59,087 nt of DNA from an uncultured Candidatus Saccharibacteria bacterium (GTDB lineage: Bacteria; Patescibacteriota; Minisyncoccia; Phycocordibacterales; CAIZLB01), in NCBI GenBank assembly GCA_964460835.1, contig CAYWQF010000001.1:1-59087 (forward strand), given 5' to 3'. A model generated the notes under the pieces. That model made no database searches. It was not told where the DNA came from and saw only the letters and a list, made by a program, of their open reading frames with translations. The number at the start of each line of letters is the position of its first letter. Positions within the stretch are counted from its first letter, which is position 1. Below, in pieces: positions 8,931 through 18,490 of this stretch. Both the position numbers and the translations under genes were made by a program.

Positions 8931-9740
8931 ATGAAAAACTTCACCTTCAAGGCTTTAGTGAGCATCTTTATTATCATCTTGGTCGCGGGCATTTTGACTG
9001 TATTTGTTTTAGGCAATAAAACTGCTTTGGCACCTGTCGTACAGGACGACTCAGGTTCAACTGGTATATCAACACCAGGCACGGCTTCTACATCAACATC
9101 ATCTGACGATTTTGATTCACCTAAAACAATATTCGGTCAAAAAGCCTCAGGCGATCTAAACAAAGATGGCAAAAGCGACAATGCGTACATATACACACAA
9201 AGCCCTGGTGGAAGTGGTACATTCTTCTATGTCACAGCAGAGCTAGCTACTTCTGCAAACGTCGGCGGCGCGATTGGCGCGGGTAGTGCAAACGTCAGCT
9301 CTACAAACGCAACTACCCAAACAAACAGCATCTTGCTAGGTGACCGTATTGCTCCGCAAAATATAAATATTGTAAATGGAAAAATCGTCGTAAACTATGC
9401 AGATAGAAAAGCGACCGAGCCAATGACAGCACAGCCATCGGTCGGCGTGACAAAGTATCTTGTCGTGGAAAACGGTAAACTCGTGGAGACTCCAGCGTCT
9501 ACTGTAAAGCCTGTCACCACAAAACCTACACCTACAAAACCAGCGCCAACTACCGCTGGTGAAAGATGTATGGCAAACGAAGGCTCTTGGTTAGCACAAT
9601 ACAATGAGTGTGGGGGAGTAAGTAGTGCTACTTGTAAAAATATAGGTGGAACTTTCGATGAATGTGCATCACCTTGTCGTCATGATCCAAATGCAACAGT
9701 TTGTGTCGCGATGTGTGCTCAAGTTTGCTATATTAAATAA
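8931..9740 (+). CDS. secreted/anchored protein with Cys-rich C-terminal module
   Basis: Signal-anchor (ALVSIFIIILVAGILTVFVL), Thr/Pro linker (TTKPTPTKPAPTT), and a final ~60 aa containing 10 Cys. Confidence 0.55.
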   Translation: MKNFTFKALVSIFIIILVAGILTVFVLGNKTALAPVVQDDSGSTGISTPGTASTSTSSDDFDSPKTIFGQKASGDLNKDGKSDNAYIYTQSPGGSGTFFYVTAELATSANVGGAIGAGSANVSSTNATTQTNSILLGDRIAPQNINIVNGKIVVNYADRKATEPMTAQPSVGVTKYLVVENGKLVETPASTVKPVTTKPTPTKPAPTTAGERCMANEGSWLAQYNECGGVSSATCKNIGGTFDECASPCRHDPNATVCVAMCAQVCYIK

Positions 9741-9747
9741 ATAATAG

Positions 9748-11574
9748 ATGACATTTTTCAAACTCATAAAATCATATTATGGTTGGGCTATTGTAGTCGT
9801 GGTACTTGGATTTGCTTCAAATATCCTCTCGCTATTTGTGCCGAAGCTCTCGGCTCGCGTGATAGATAGTGTGGATTTTAGTGCCTTGGGTCATGCTGGC
9901 AATATAGCCACAAGTACAGGCTATGTATGGCCGTCATCCCTTACACTACTACTTGTATTGGCCCTCATCACACTTGTCATCGCTGTGGTACAGATATATT
10001 TGTCCACGTATTTTTCTGAGAAAGTCGCACTTGATCTACGCCACAAGCTTACCGCGAAGATCTCTAGTCAATCATTTGGCTACATATCAGACTCTACTCC
10101 AGGGCGACTACTTACTATAGTGACCTCTGATGTAGATGCAGTGAAGAATGTCATATCGCAAGGTTTAGTGACACTTCTAGGCGCTCTAGTGACGCTCATA
10201 GGCAGTGCCATACTCCTTATGACTATCAACTTGCGTCTCGCTCTATATACTCTGTCCGTAATACCAGCACTCATATTGGTATTTATATTTGTATTCGGCA
10301 CGCTCGGTAGACTATTTCGTCAAAGTCAGGAAAATCTAGAAAAAATAAATTCTGTAATAAATGAAACTATAGTCGGCTCAGCGCTTGTGCGTGTACTCAA
10401 CTCCGCATCTTCTGAGATTGCAAAATTTTTCAATATAAATAGTAAATCACGAGACACGGGGCTCGGTATCGTAAAAAATATATCCGCGCTTATTCCGATG
10501 ATTGTTTTGCTTTCAAATACAGCGACATTGATAATCATCTGGTTTGGTGGTAGGCAAGTGATAGGCGGTACTTTGTCACTCGGTAACTTCAGCGCATTTT
10601 TTTCATACTCCGCTATGTTTATATGGCCACTTTTTGTACTGTCTTTTGTGGGCACGTCTATATCGCGTGGAGGTGTTTCGCTCAAGCGTATCAGCGACGT
10701 GCTCGACTCAGAAGTTGTTGAAGATACAGGTGACAATGTTAGCGCTATTGTCGGTGACATAGAGTTTAAAAATGTTTCTCTAAACTATAAAGGTGAAAAC
10801 GGTGAGGAGAGAACAGTACTCAAAGATATTTCATTTAAAATAAATGCAAAGACAAAGACGGCCATAGTCGGTCCTACTGCTGCTGGCAAGACTCAGCTTT
10901 TTTACCTCATGTCTGGACTCGTGGCGCCGACTTCTGGCGAAATACTCATAGACGGCAAACCTATGTCTTCATACAAGACTAGCGAGCTACTTTCGCATAT
11001 TGGTCTAGTATTTCAAGACAGTATTATATTCAACACTTCTCTTCGGGAAAATATTGCTTTTGCTGGCGGGCACTCTAGTGGTAGTCACTCGGGTGGTCAC
11101 GCAGGTAGCGATACAAGCGACGAGCTTCACACCGCCGACGATCACACAAAGCAAGAAGATTTACTTCAGAAGGCTATCGCTACTGCCGAGCTCAATGATC
11201 TGGTGGCGCAGCTTCCAAAAGGTCTCGACTCTCTCGTGAGTGAGCGAGGTACTACGCTATCTGGTGGACAAAAGCAAAGACTGATGCTTGCTCGGGCGCT
11301 AGCCATAGATCCACAAATACTTCTACTTGATGACTTTACTGCACGAGTGGATATTGCAACCGAGCTTTCTATTTTGAAAAATGTAAAAGAAAATTATCCA
11401 AACACTACGCTCATATCCATTACACAAAAAGTCGAGCCCATAAAAGACTATGACAAGATCATTGTGATAATGGAGGGCGAGCTAGTCGCTACAGGAACAC
11501 ACAGTGAATTGCTTAAGAGTTCTTTTGAGTATGGTCAGATTTATCAATCACAAATGACTACAGAAAAAATATGA
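9748..11574 (+). CDS. ABC exporter, fused permease/ATPase subunit
   Basis: N-terminal 6-TM domain. NBD with Walker A GPTAAGKT, signature LSGGQKQR and Walker B LLLDDFTA. Carries a His/Gly/Ser-rich insert. Confidence 0.9.
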   Translation: MTFFKLIKSYYGWAIVVVVLGFASNILSLFVPKLSARVIDSVDFSALGHAGNIATSTGYVWPSSLTLLLVLALITLVIAVVQIYLSTYFSEKVALDLRHKLTAKISSQSFGYISDSTPGRLLTIVTSDVDAVKNVISQGLVTLLGALVTLIGSAILLMTINLRLALYTLSVIPALILVFIFVFGTLGRLFRQSQENLEKINSVINETIVGSALVRVLNSASSEIAKFFNINSKSRDTGLGIVKNISALIPMIVLLSNTATLIIIWFGGRQVIGGTLSLGNFSAFFSYSAMFIWPLFVLSFVGTSISRGGVSLKRISDVLDSEVVEDTGDNVSAIVGDIEFKNVSLNYKGENGEERTVLKDISFKINAKTKTAIVGPTAAGKTQLFYLMSGLVAPTSGEILIDGKPMSSYKTSELLSHIGLVFQDSIIFNTSLRENIAFAGGHSSGSHSGGHAGSDTSDELHTADDHTKQEDLLQKAIATAELNDLVAQLPKGLDSLVSERGTTLSGGQKQRLMLARALAIDPQILLLDDFTARVDIATELSILKNVKENYPNTTLISITQKVEPIKDYDKIIVIMEGELVATGTHSELLKSSFEYGQIYQSQMTTEKI

Positions 11575-13424
11575 GTACAAAATATGCATTAGATAATACT
11601 GGTGGCAAAAAAGCCAAAGGTTCGCTCTTTGCTGGTGGACGAGAATTTTTTGTATTTATAAAAGAAGACACTTCAAAGCTCGTATTTGCTTTTGTGCTCA
11701 TAGTCGTCAACTCTATTGCCGGCGTCGCTACGCCATACTTGGTAGCACTCGGCATCGACAAATACATCTCAAAAGGCGACATTGTCGGTCTACAAGGTTT
11801 GATGCTTGGGCTCATCGCTCTATATATATTGACTGTGGTGGTCGGATATCTACAGGGCATGATGGTGGGTAAGATTTCTCAGAGAACACTTTTTCGCCTT
11901 CGTGAGGCTCTTTTTGAAAAGTTGCAGGATTTGCCTATAGCATTTTTCAATCAAAATAAAGCTGGCGACTTGATGTCTCGACTCAACAATGACACAGATA
12001 AACTCAATCAGTTTTTATCAGAAAGTATTTCGCGTTTTATAGGTACATTTTTCTCTATACTCGGTATCGCAGTTTTTGCATTTTTTATAAATTTTAAAAT
12101 GGCTCTAGTAATGCTGTCTATGGTTTTGTTTATCGCCATCATCACTCGAGCTCTATCTCCTTGGGTTGAAAGGCAAAACAAAAAGAGTCTTGGCTCTGTT
12201 AGCAACCTCTCATCACTTCTTCAGGAAAATCTCACAAACTTCCGTGTTATCGTTGCCTACAGCAAGCGAGATTATTTCAAGGAAAATCTAGATAAGGCGA
12301 GCAAGGCTACTTTCGATGCTTCGTTTAAGTCTGATACTGCCAACAAAGTTTTTGAACCTATATATGACTTCGCAGGAAGTGTCGCGCTAGTGCTGGTGCT
12401 TTTGTACGGTTTTCATCTAGTATCTTTGGGTCAACTCACTATTGGTGTGCTCGTGGCTTTTGTGAGTTACACCGAGAAGTTTTATTCACCACTTCGTATC
12501 TTAGCGACTATATTTGGTACTATACAGCTTTCATCAGCAGCTTGGTCTCGAATCCGCGAGATATTTTCTATGAAAAATAATTTGCGTATGATTGATAGTG
12601 GTGGTGTGCTTGGTAAGCCAAATCTCCGCATGGAACTTCGAGACGTATCTTTTGCTTATGAGGACGGCGGAGATGATGGTGCAGAAAGCGCCGAGGGCGC
12701 CACTGCGGAGAAAAAGTCTTGGGTTCTAGAAAAGGCCAATCTAGAGTTTGAAGCTGGTAAAACTTATGCGCTAGTAGGTCCTACCGGTGGTGGTAAGTCT
12801 ACACTTGCGAGCATTATGGCACATCTATATGATCCACAAGAAGGTGATGTCTTTTTGGATTCTAAAAATATCAGTGCATATTCACACGAAGAGCGTGCTA
12901 GAGCTATCAGTGTCATCTTGCAGGAGCCAATACTTTTCACAGGCACAGTTGCGGAAAATATTTTGTATGGAAATAAGTCTTTGTCTCATAACTCTCACAA
13001 CTCACACGGCCGTCATGGTCACGACGCTGATTTTACAGAACTCGCCAAGCTCTTAAAACAAAAAGGTTTCGAAGATGTTATTGCACGTTTTGATGGTGGA
13101 CTCAAGATGAAGATTAGTCAAAATGGTGCAGGGCTTAGTCTCGGACAAAAACAGCTAATATCTTTTATGCGAGCGATACTTCGTGAGCCTAGACTTCTGA
13201 TACTCGATGAAGCTACTGCAAATATAGACACAGTGACAGAAGCTATACTCAACAAGACTCTTGAGTCTCTGCCAAAAGATACGACAAAGGTTATTATCGC
13301 TCATAGACTCAATACTATAAAAGATGCCGATGGGATAATGTTTGTAAATGGTCATCACGTCACTCCAGCAGGAAGTTTTGAAAATGCTATCAAGCTCATA
13401 GAGCAGTCAAAGAGAAGTAGCTAG
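11571..13424 (+). CDS. ABC exporter, fused permease/ATPase subunit (partner of 9748..11574)
   Basis: 4-nt ATGA overlap with the upstream gene. Walker A GPTGGGKST, signature LSLGQKQL, Walker B LILDEATA, H-loop IIAHRL. Confidence 0.9.
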   Translation: MSTKYALDNTGGKKAKGSLFAGGREFFVFIKEDTSKLVFAFVLIVVNSIAGVATPYLVALGIDKYISKGDIVGLQGLMLGLIALYILTVVVGYLQGMMVGKISQRTLFRLREALFEKLQDLPIAFFNQNKAGDLMSRLNNDTDKLNQFLSESISRFIGTFFSILGIAVFAFFINFKMALVMLSMVLFIAIITRALSPWVERQNKKSLGSVSNLSSLLQENLTNFRVIVAYSKRDYFKENLDKASKATFDASFKSDTANKVFEPIYDFAGSVALVLVLLYGFHLVSLGQLTIGVLVAFVSYTEKFYSPLRILATIFGTIQLSSAAWSRIREIFSMKNNLRMIDSGGVLGKPNLRMELRDVSFAYEDGGDDGAESAEGATAEKKSWVLEKANLEFEAGKTYALVGPTGGGKSTLASIMAHLYDPQEGDVFLDSKNISAYSHEERARAISVILQEPILFTGTVAENILYGNKSLSHNSHNSHGRHGHDADFTELAKLLKQKGFEDVIARFDGGLKMKISQNGAGLSLGQKQLISFMRAILREPRLLILDEATANIDTVTEAILNKTLESLPKDTTKVIIAHRLNTIKDADGIMFVNGHHVTPAGSFENAIKLIEQSKRSS

Positions 13425-13496
13425 TTTACGTAAAAAGTGTGTAAAAGTGTAAAAAATGGCGCGCCAGGTTTTTATTTTCTATGATATAATGTACCC

Positions 13497-13616
13497 ATGG
13501 CAAAAAGAATAGCAACAAATACAAAAAATAAAACATCAAGATCTAGAAAGACAAAGAAGCGTCTCGCTACAAAGCATGCACGACTTTCAGCTAAAGCTGC
13601 AAAGAAGAAGCGATAG
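13497..13616 (+). CDS. small highly basic protein (39 aa), possibly ribosome/nucleic-acid associated
   Basis: Not in the ORF track because it is too short. ATG at 13497 to TAG at 13614-13616 gives MAKRIATNTKNKTSRSRKTKKRLATKHARLSAKAAKKKR. A TATAAT box at 13485-13490 lies only 6 nt upstream. Confidence 0.4.
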   Translation: MAKRIATNTKNKTSRSRKTKKRLATKHARLSAKAAKKKR

Positions 13617-13643
13617 TTTTTTATAAATCTAATTTATTTAAAA

Positions 13644-14354
13644 ATGTTTAAAAAGATATCAATCACTGTGTTTTTAGTGGCGCTGTCTGTTTTTACTGCA
13701 CAAGCTGTGTCAGCAGAGTCAGGACCGCGATCTGAGATGAGACCTTTGGGCTCAAGACCTCTACCTATAAAAGCTGTGCGACCTATGGTTCGAGCTTCTA
13801 GTACTGTTGGTATAAATGCGACAGGCACAATGATGCGAAGAGATGATAGAAGAGACGACAGAAGAGATGAAAATCAGCCTCCTGTCATGGAAGCTCAGAA
13901 AGGCGAGAGAGTAGTGTCAGGAAAAGTTACTTCTATAAGTGGAAACACTTTGACCGTTGACGTTATTGTCATCGGCCGAAGTACTACTACAAAGTCTGTA
14001 GCTACGTCTACTATTTCTTACAGCGTAGATGCTACCACTTCAAAAGTGTTTAAAGAGCGAGCTACAAGTACTGTTTCAAGTATTGTCGTAGGTGATATTG
14101 TGGTAGTAAATGGAAAAGTCACAGGCGCTACAGCACTTAAGGCGAAAGTTATTCAGGATTTAGGTGCTATAAATCCTCTACGAAGAGCGGAAGATGTAAA
14201 CAAGATCAAGGATAGAAAAGATGGTGAAAATAGAGGAGGTAATAGCGACAGAAATAACGATGGAATAAAAGATGGAGAAGATAATGGAAATGATGGAAAC
14301 GGTGTACAAAAAGAAGGTCTTTTTAAGCGAATAGGTAAATTCTTTGGATTCTAA
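13644..14354 (+). CDS. secreted hypothetical protein
   Basis: Signal peptide (VFLVALSVFTAQAVSA), an RDD-repeat segment, two GKVTxxxGxxLTV-like beta modules, and a Gly/Asn/Asp-rich tail. Confidence 0.55.
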   Translation: MFKKISITVFLVALSVFTAQAVSAESGPRSEMRPLGSRPLPIKAVRPMVRASSTVGINATGTMMRRDDRRDDRRDENQPPVMEAQKGERVVSGKVTSISGNTLTVDVIVIGRSTTTKSVATSTISYSVDATTSKVFKERATSTVSSIVVGDIVVVNGKVTGATALKAKVIQDLGAINPLRRAEDVNKIKDRKDGENRGGNSDRNNDGIKDGEDNGNDGNGVQKEGLFKRIGKFFGF

Positions 14355-14463
14355 TTCTGTTTTAAAATTTTTCTCGGCAGTAAAAAATCAGTAAGACAAA
14401 AAACTCTTGTCGCAAGGCGAGGGTTTTTTGTTAATCAGCTAGAGTTTTTTAATTGACCAAATT

Positions 14464-14709
14464 CTACTTCAAAACTCCAATCTCTTTCAAATATTCTTCT
14501 ATCTGCTTTGCGTCAGAGTCGGCGAGTATTTTTCCATCTATGTCGAGAGTAGGGCACTTGGACTGGCCAGTTTTTTCTTCACATTCTTTCATAAACTCTG
14601 GATTTTCAGTCATATTTTTTTCTTGATAGGCGAGACCGTGCTGATTTAAAAAGTCGAGAGCTTGTTTACCCCAAGGACAACCAGTCTTTGTATATATTGT
14701 TATGTTCAT
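14464..14709 (-). CDS. glutaredoxin-like small redox protein (monothiol CPWG variant)
   Basis: 81 aa. The IYTKTGCPWGKQALDFL thioredoxin-fold start has CxxG instead of CxxC. A cis-Pro region (KCPTLDIDG) is present. Confidence 0.65.
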   Translation of the reverse strand: MNITIYTKTGCPWGKQALDFLNQHGLAYQEKNMTENPEFMKECEEKTGQSKCPTLDIDGKILADSDAKQIEEYLKEIGVLK

Positions 14710-14829
14710 AGCGTTTGTATTTTAGCATTTTTAGTATCTATTTAATATTTATATATATCCCTTAATCTATATATTCCTCTTAGATGTACCCCTTGAAAAT
14801 CCCTACAAAAAGAATACTATGAGGGCATT

Positions 14830-16191
14830 ATGAAAAACACACTTACAAACATTTTCAAAAAAGCCTTTAAAATAGGCGTTTTGTCGACTTTGATGCTGGC
14901 CCTAGTAGCAGTTTTTATGCCTGCGGGTACAGCTTTTGCTATGACCCCGACTCTTTCTGTGTCTAGTTATGGCTCAAACAGTCAGATACAAGTCACTGTA
15001 AATGGCGATCAAAATCAGAATATTCAGCTCTACTACTATAGTCCAGCTGGTTCAAGTAATCTCGTAAATGCAGGCACTATCGGCACAACAAACGCTAGTG
15101 GATATTTTTCTACAATATTAAATGCTAATTCGTACAATATTCCTTCAGGCACAACTGTTTTTGTCATAGTAAATGGTCAACAGTCTACTACAAGTGTTTG
15201 GCCATCAACTTCTGGAGGCTCTGTCTACTTGAGTCAATCTAGCATTACTATTTCTTCACAACAGACAGCGACTGTAAGCATCTCTGGTGGCACAGGTACT
15301 GGATATTATGTATCTACAAATACAAACTCTGGTGTGGTGACTACTTCTATAAGTGGCAGTATTTTGAGTGTGACATCTGTAGCAAATGGTAATGCAAGTA
15401 TCACTGTGTGTTCTCAAGGTTCATCTGTAAGTTGCGCTACTCTATATGTCACAGTGACAGGCTATGGTGGTTCAAACGGAAATGTATATCTAAGTCCAAG
15501 TACTATAGTGCTAAACGCGGGTCAAAGTCAGACGGTGAGTATAAGCAACAATACTTACAATCAGTACAATTATCAAAACTACTATATATCAAACAACTCA
15601 AATCCAAACTATGTTTCAGCTTCTATAAGTGGTAGTACTTTGACTGTGTATGGTATCAACTCTGGCGCATCTACTATCACAGTATGTTCTTCATACAACG
15701 GTTCTTACAACTCTGGTTACAACAGTGGTTGTGCAAGTGTTTATGTTTCTGTAAACGCTCCTTATGGATATACAGGCACTTATTACAATAACTACAATGG
15801 TTACAACGGCTATAACGGTTATACTGGCTACAATTATAACAATCAATATCCATATAACTATTACACTCAGACATATACATATCCGACTACATATACCAGT
15901 CCAACTACTTACACATATCCAACAAACTATACTTACTCTTACACACCTTCATACACATCAAGTGTAGGTACTCCAGTCACAGGAGTATTTCTAAATCAGA
16001 TTCCAAGTACTGGTGCAGGTGATCATCTAAAGATAATACTGTTTGTACTAGGTCTTACTCTCTGGAGTTTGTTTGTGGCGTATGTGCTTTATGCAAAATA
16101 TGGTGGTGAGATTACTAGTGTAAATGATGCAATCGCTGATCGCGCGGTTAGATTCAAGATGGATCAGATGAAGAAGAGAGGGGTTTTGTAA
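14830..16191 (+). CDS. cell-surface repeat protein with C-terminal IPSTG sorting-like signal
   Basis: Signal peptide, two homologous ~90-aa modules (SGSILSVTSVANGNASITVCS / SGSTLTVYGINSGASTITVCS), a Tyr/Asn/Thr-rich stalk, GTPVTGVFLNQIPSTG, a TM helix, and a basic tail. Confidence 0.7.
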   Translation: MKNTLTNIFKKAFKIGVLSTLMLALVAVFMPAGTAFAMTPTLSVSSYGSNSQIQVTVNGDQNQNIQLYYYSPAGSSNLVNAGTIGTTNASGYFSTILNANSYNIPSGTTVFVIVNGQQSTTSVWPSTSGGSVYLSQSSITISSQQTATVSISGGTGTGYYVSTNTNSGVVTTSISGSILSVTSVANGNASITVCSQGSSVSCATLYVTVTGYGGSNGNVYLSPSTIVLNAGQSQTVSISNNTYNQYNYQNYYISNNSNPNYVSASISGSTLTVYGINSGASTITVCSSYNGSYNSGYNSGCASVYVSVNAPYGYTGTYYNNYNGYNGYNGYTGYNYNNQYPYNYYTQTYTYPTTYTSPTTYTYPTNYTYSYTPSYTSSVGTPVTGVFLNQIPSTGAGDHLKIILFVLGLTLWSLFVAYVLYAKYGGEITSVNDAIADRAVRFKMDQMKKRGVL

Positions 16192-16251
16192 TTTTTTACT
16201 ATTGATTGTATAGAGGCATAACACTCCATGCTTTTATGATAAAATTGTTTT

Positions 16252-18405
16252 ATGGAGTTAACTCGTAATTTTAGACAATTAAATAAAAATAATGTTGATA
16301 TCGCTGGAGGCAAAGCTGCTTCCCTTGGCGAAATGACAAATGCTGGAATTCCAGTTCCTTCAGGTTTTGTTATTCTCTCTACATCATTCGATTACTTCCT
16401 AAAAGAAAGTCACCTTATTGAAGAAATCGATGCTATTTTAGATTCGGTAAATCATCAGGAAATTCATACAATTGAGGCGGCTTCTGAAAAAATTCAAAAT
16501 CTTATTATAAATGCTGAAATACTAGAAGATATTAAGAAAGAAATCGAGACATCTTTTGAGATACTCAATGCCCGTTATGTAGCAGTTAGATCTTCTGCTA
16601 CCGCTGAAGATGGAGTAGATCATGCATGGGCGGGACAACTCAATAGTTACTTGAATACTACGAAAGATGATTTATTAGAAAAGGTAAAATATTGTTGGGC
16701 ATCACTTTTTACCACTCGTGCAATTTTCTACAGATTTGAAAAAGGATTACATAAAACACATATTTCTGTAGCTGTTGTAGTACAAAAAATGGTTGATTCA
16801 GAAATATCAGGCATAGCTTTTTCTGTCCACCCTGTAACTGAAGACAGGAATCAACTTATCGTTGAGGCAGGTTTTGGTCTCGGAGAAGCAATAGTATCAG
16901 GAGAGATAACACCCGATTCATATGTCGTCGAAAAGAATCCGAGAAATATAATTGATATTACGACTAACACTCAAGTTAAAGCTTTATATAGAGGGGAAAA
17001 AGGAAATACGGAATGGTGTGATATCCCTGAGCCACAAGCTTCATCACAGGTTTTGACCATAGATCAAATATTAGAATTATCTGAACTTATTTTGAAAATA
17101 GAAAATCATTATGGTTTTCCATGTGATATTGAATGGGCTTTTGAAAAGGGAAAGTTTTATATTGTACAGAGTCGACCGATTACGACACTGCAACTTTCTT
17201 TGTCTAAAAACGAATATGCATATAAGTTAATTTTTGCATCAGATGGTTTTGCTGTCTTGAATACATTTAACCTTAAAAATGCTGGGTATATTAGACATGG
17301 TGGCGTACTTTCTGCAGAATATAATAATAAAGTTAGCTTGTTTATTAAAGCAACAGATTTAGCTCTATATGGAAAAGATGGTTATGAATTGTTTTCATCA
17401 AAAACAAAGACACAACAACTGATAAATGATATTGAAAAATTAATTGAAGATTTTGTACGTCATGACAATTTGCATGTAGGTAATATAGCGTCATATTCAA
17501 ACAATGAGCTCGCAGAACATCTGAAAGCAACTTCAGTGTTATCCGTTAGATTTATTTCTTTGTACGGTCTTATCGAAAGTCATAATACTTATTACACCGA
17601 AGAACGGATCAATGAATATACAAATCAAAACCGCGAAGGATTAAAGGATATACCGATTTTCGATATTATTTTTACAGAACGAGAAAATATTAAAGATATA
17701 AAAATTAAAGAATTATGTGACAATGTTGCTTTACTTGCTTCATTTAAACTTTCTACAAAAGAAAAGATGAATTCCATCTTTAATAGTCATTCAGCACTTA
17801 TTAGGGAATCAAGAAAGCGTTTTAATCTAAGTTCAAATGAGGATATTCGTCTACTTTCACTTGCTGAAATTCAATCATATCTCATTCATGGTTTTAATAG
17901 AGAAGAATATATTCAATTGGTCGAAAAACGAAAAGATTGGTTTGTAATTAAAATTGAAGATGGAAATGAGTCAGTCTTATATGGTGAAGAGGCAAAAAAA
18001 GAAATTGAATTAATGAAGATGCTATGTGGCTTAGAGGGTAAAGATGATACAGATAGAAAATTCACAGGCCAAACTGCATCTACCGGTATTTATATAGGTC
18101 GAGCGGTGGTTGTTCCATATATTCGAAGTGTTGATGATGAAGTTTATAAAAATGCTTTTTCTGTGTTTAAAGAAGGTGATATTTTGGTCACCAAAAATAG
18201 TGTGCCTGAGATTATTGAAATAATAAAAAAAGCTTCAGCTATAGTGACTGAAGAGGGAGGAATCACTTGTCACGGAGCAATTATGGCAAGAGAATTTAAA
18301 GTCCCAGGTATCGTAGGTGTTGATGGTATCACTGATCAAATCAAGACCGGGGATATTATCGAAGTTAATGCGCTAGGAGTAAAAGGCTTAATTAGAAAGA
18401 GGTAG
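16252..18405 (+). CDS. PEP-utilising phosphotransferase (PpsA/rifampin-phosphotransferase-like architecture, no TIM-barrel domain)
   Basis: N-terminal PPDK_N-type ATP-grasp (VDIAGGKAASLGEMTNAGIPVPSGFV; VAVRSSATAEDG). C-terminal swivel His domain (EEGGITCHGAIMAREFKVPGIVG). About 300 aa of unassigned sequence lies between them. Confidence 0.8.
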   Translation: MELTRNFRQLNKNNVDIAGGKAASLGEMTNAGIPVPSGFVILSTSFDYFLKESHLIEEIDAILDSVNHQEIHTIEAASEKIQNLIINAEILEDIKKEIETSFEILNARYVAVRSSATAEDGVDHAWAGQLNSYLNTTKDDLLEKVKYCWASLFTTRAIFYRFEKGLHKTHISVAVVVQKMVDSEISGIAFSVHPVTEDRNQLIVEAGFGLGEAIVSGEITPDSYVVEKNPRNIIDITTNTQVKALYRGEKGNTEWCDIPEPQASSQVLTIDQILELSELILKIENHYGFPCDIEWAFEKGKFYIVQSRPITTLQLSLSKNEYAYKLIFASDGFAVLNTFNLKNAGYIRHGGVLSAEYNNKVSLFIKATDLALYGKDGYELFSSKTKTQQLINDIEKLIEDFVRHDNLHVGNIASYSNNELAEHLKATSVLSVRFISLYGLIESHNTYYTEERINEYTNQNREGLKDIPIFDIIFTERENIKDIKIKELCDNVALLASFKLSTKEKMNSIFNSHSALIRESRKRFNLSSNEDIRLLSLAEIQSYLIHGFNREEYIQLVEKRKDWFVIKIEDGNESVLYGEEAKKEIELMKMLCGLEGKDDTDRKFTGQTASTGIYIGRAVVVPYIRSVDDEVYKNAFSVFKEGDILVTKNSVPEIIEIIKKASAIVTEEGGITCHGAIMAREFKVPGIVGVDGITDQIKTGDIIEVNALGVKGLIRKR

Positions 18406-18490
18406 AGAGCAAGCGAGAAGGTGTTGTTGAATTGCAAGAAATAATTAAAAAAGCTCTGCTCGGTAGAGATTACCTCTCTCTTTAATCCAG

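Noticed and set aside
15408-15967. Several 67-75-aa ORFs on both strands inside the 14830..16191 gene, and likewise 49594-50179 inside the 49470..50975 gene
   Set aside because: They are frame-shifted readings of Tyr/Asn/Thr codon repeats. The long frames with a signal peptide and sorting signal explain the sequence.
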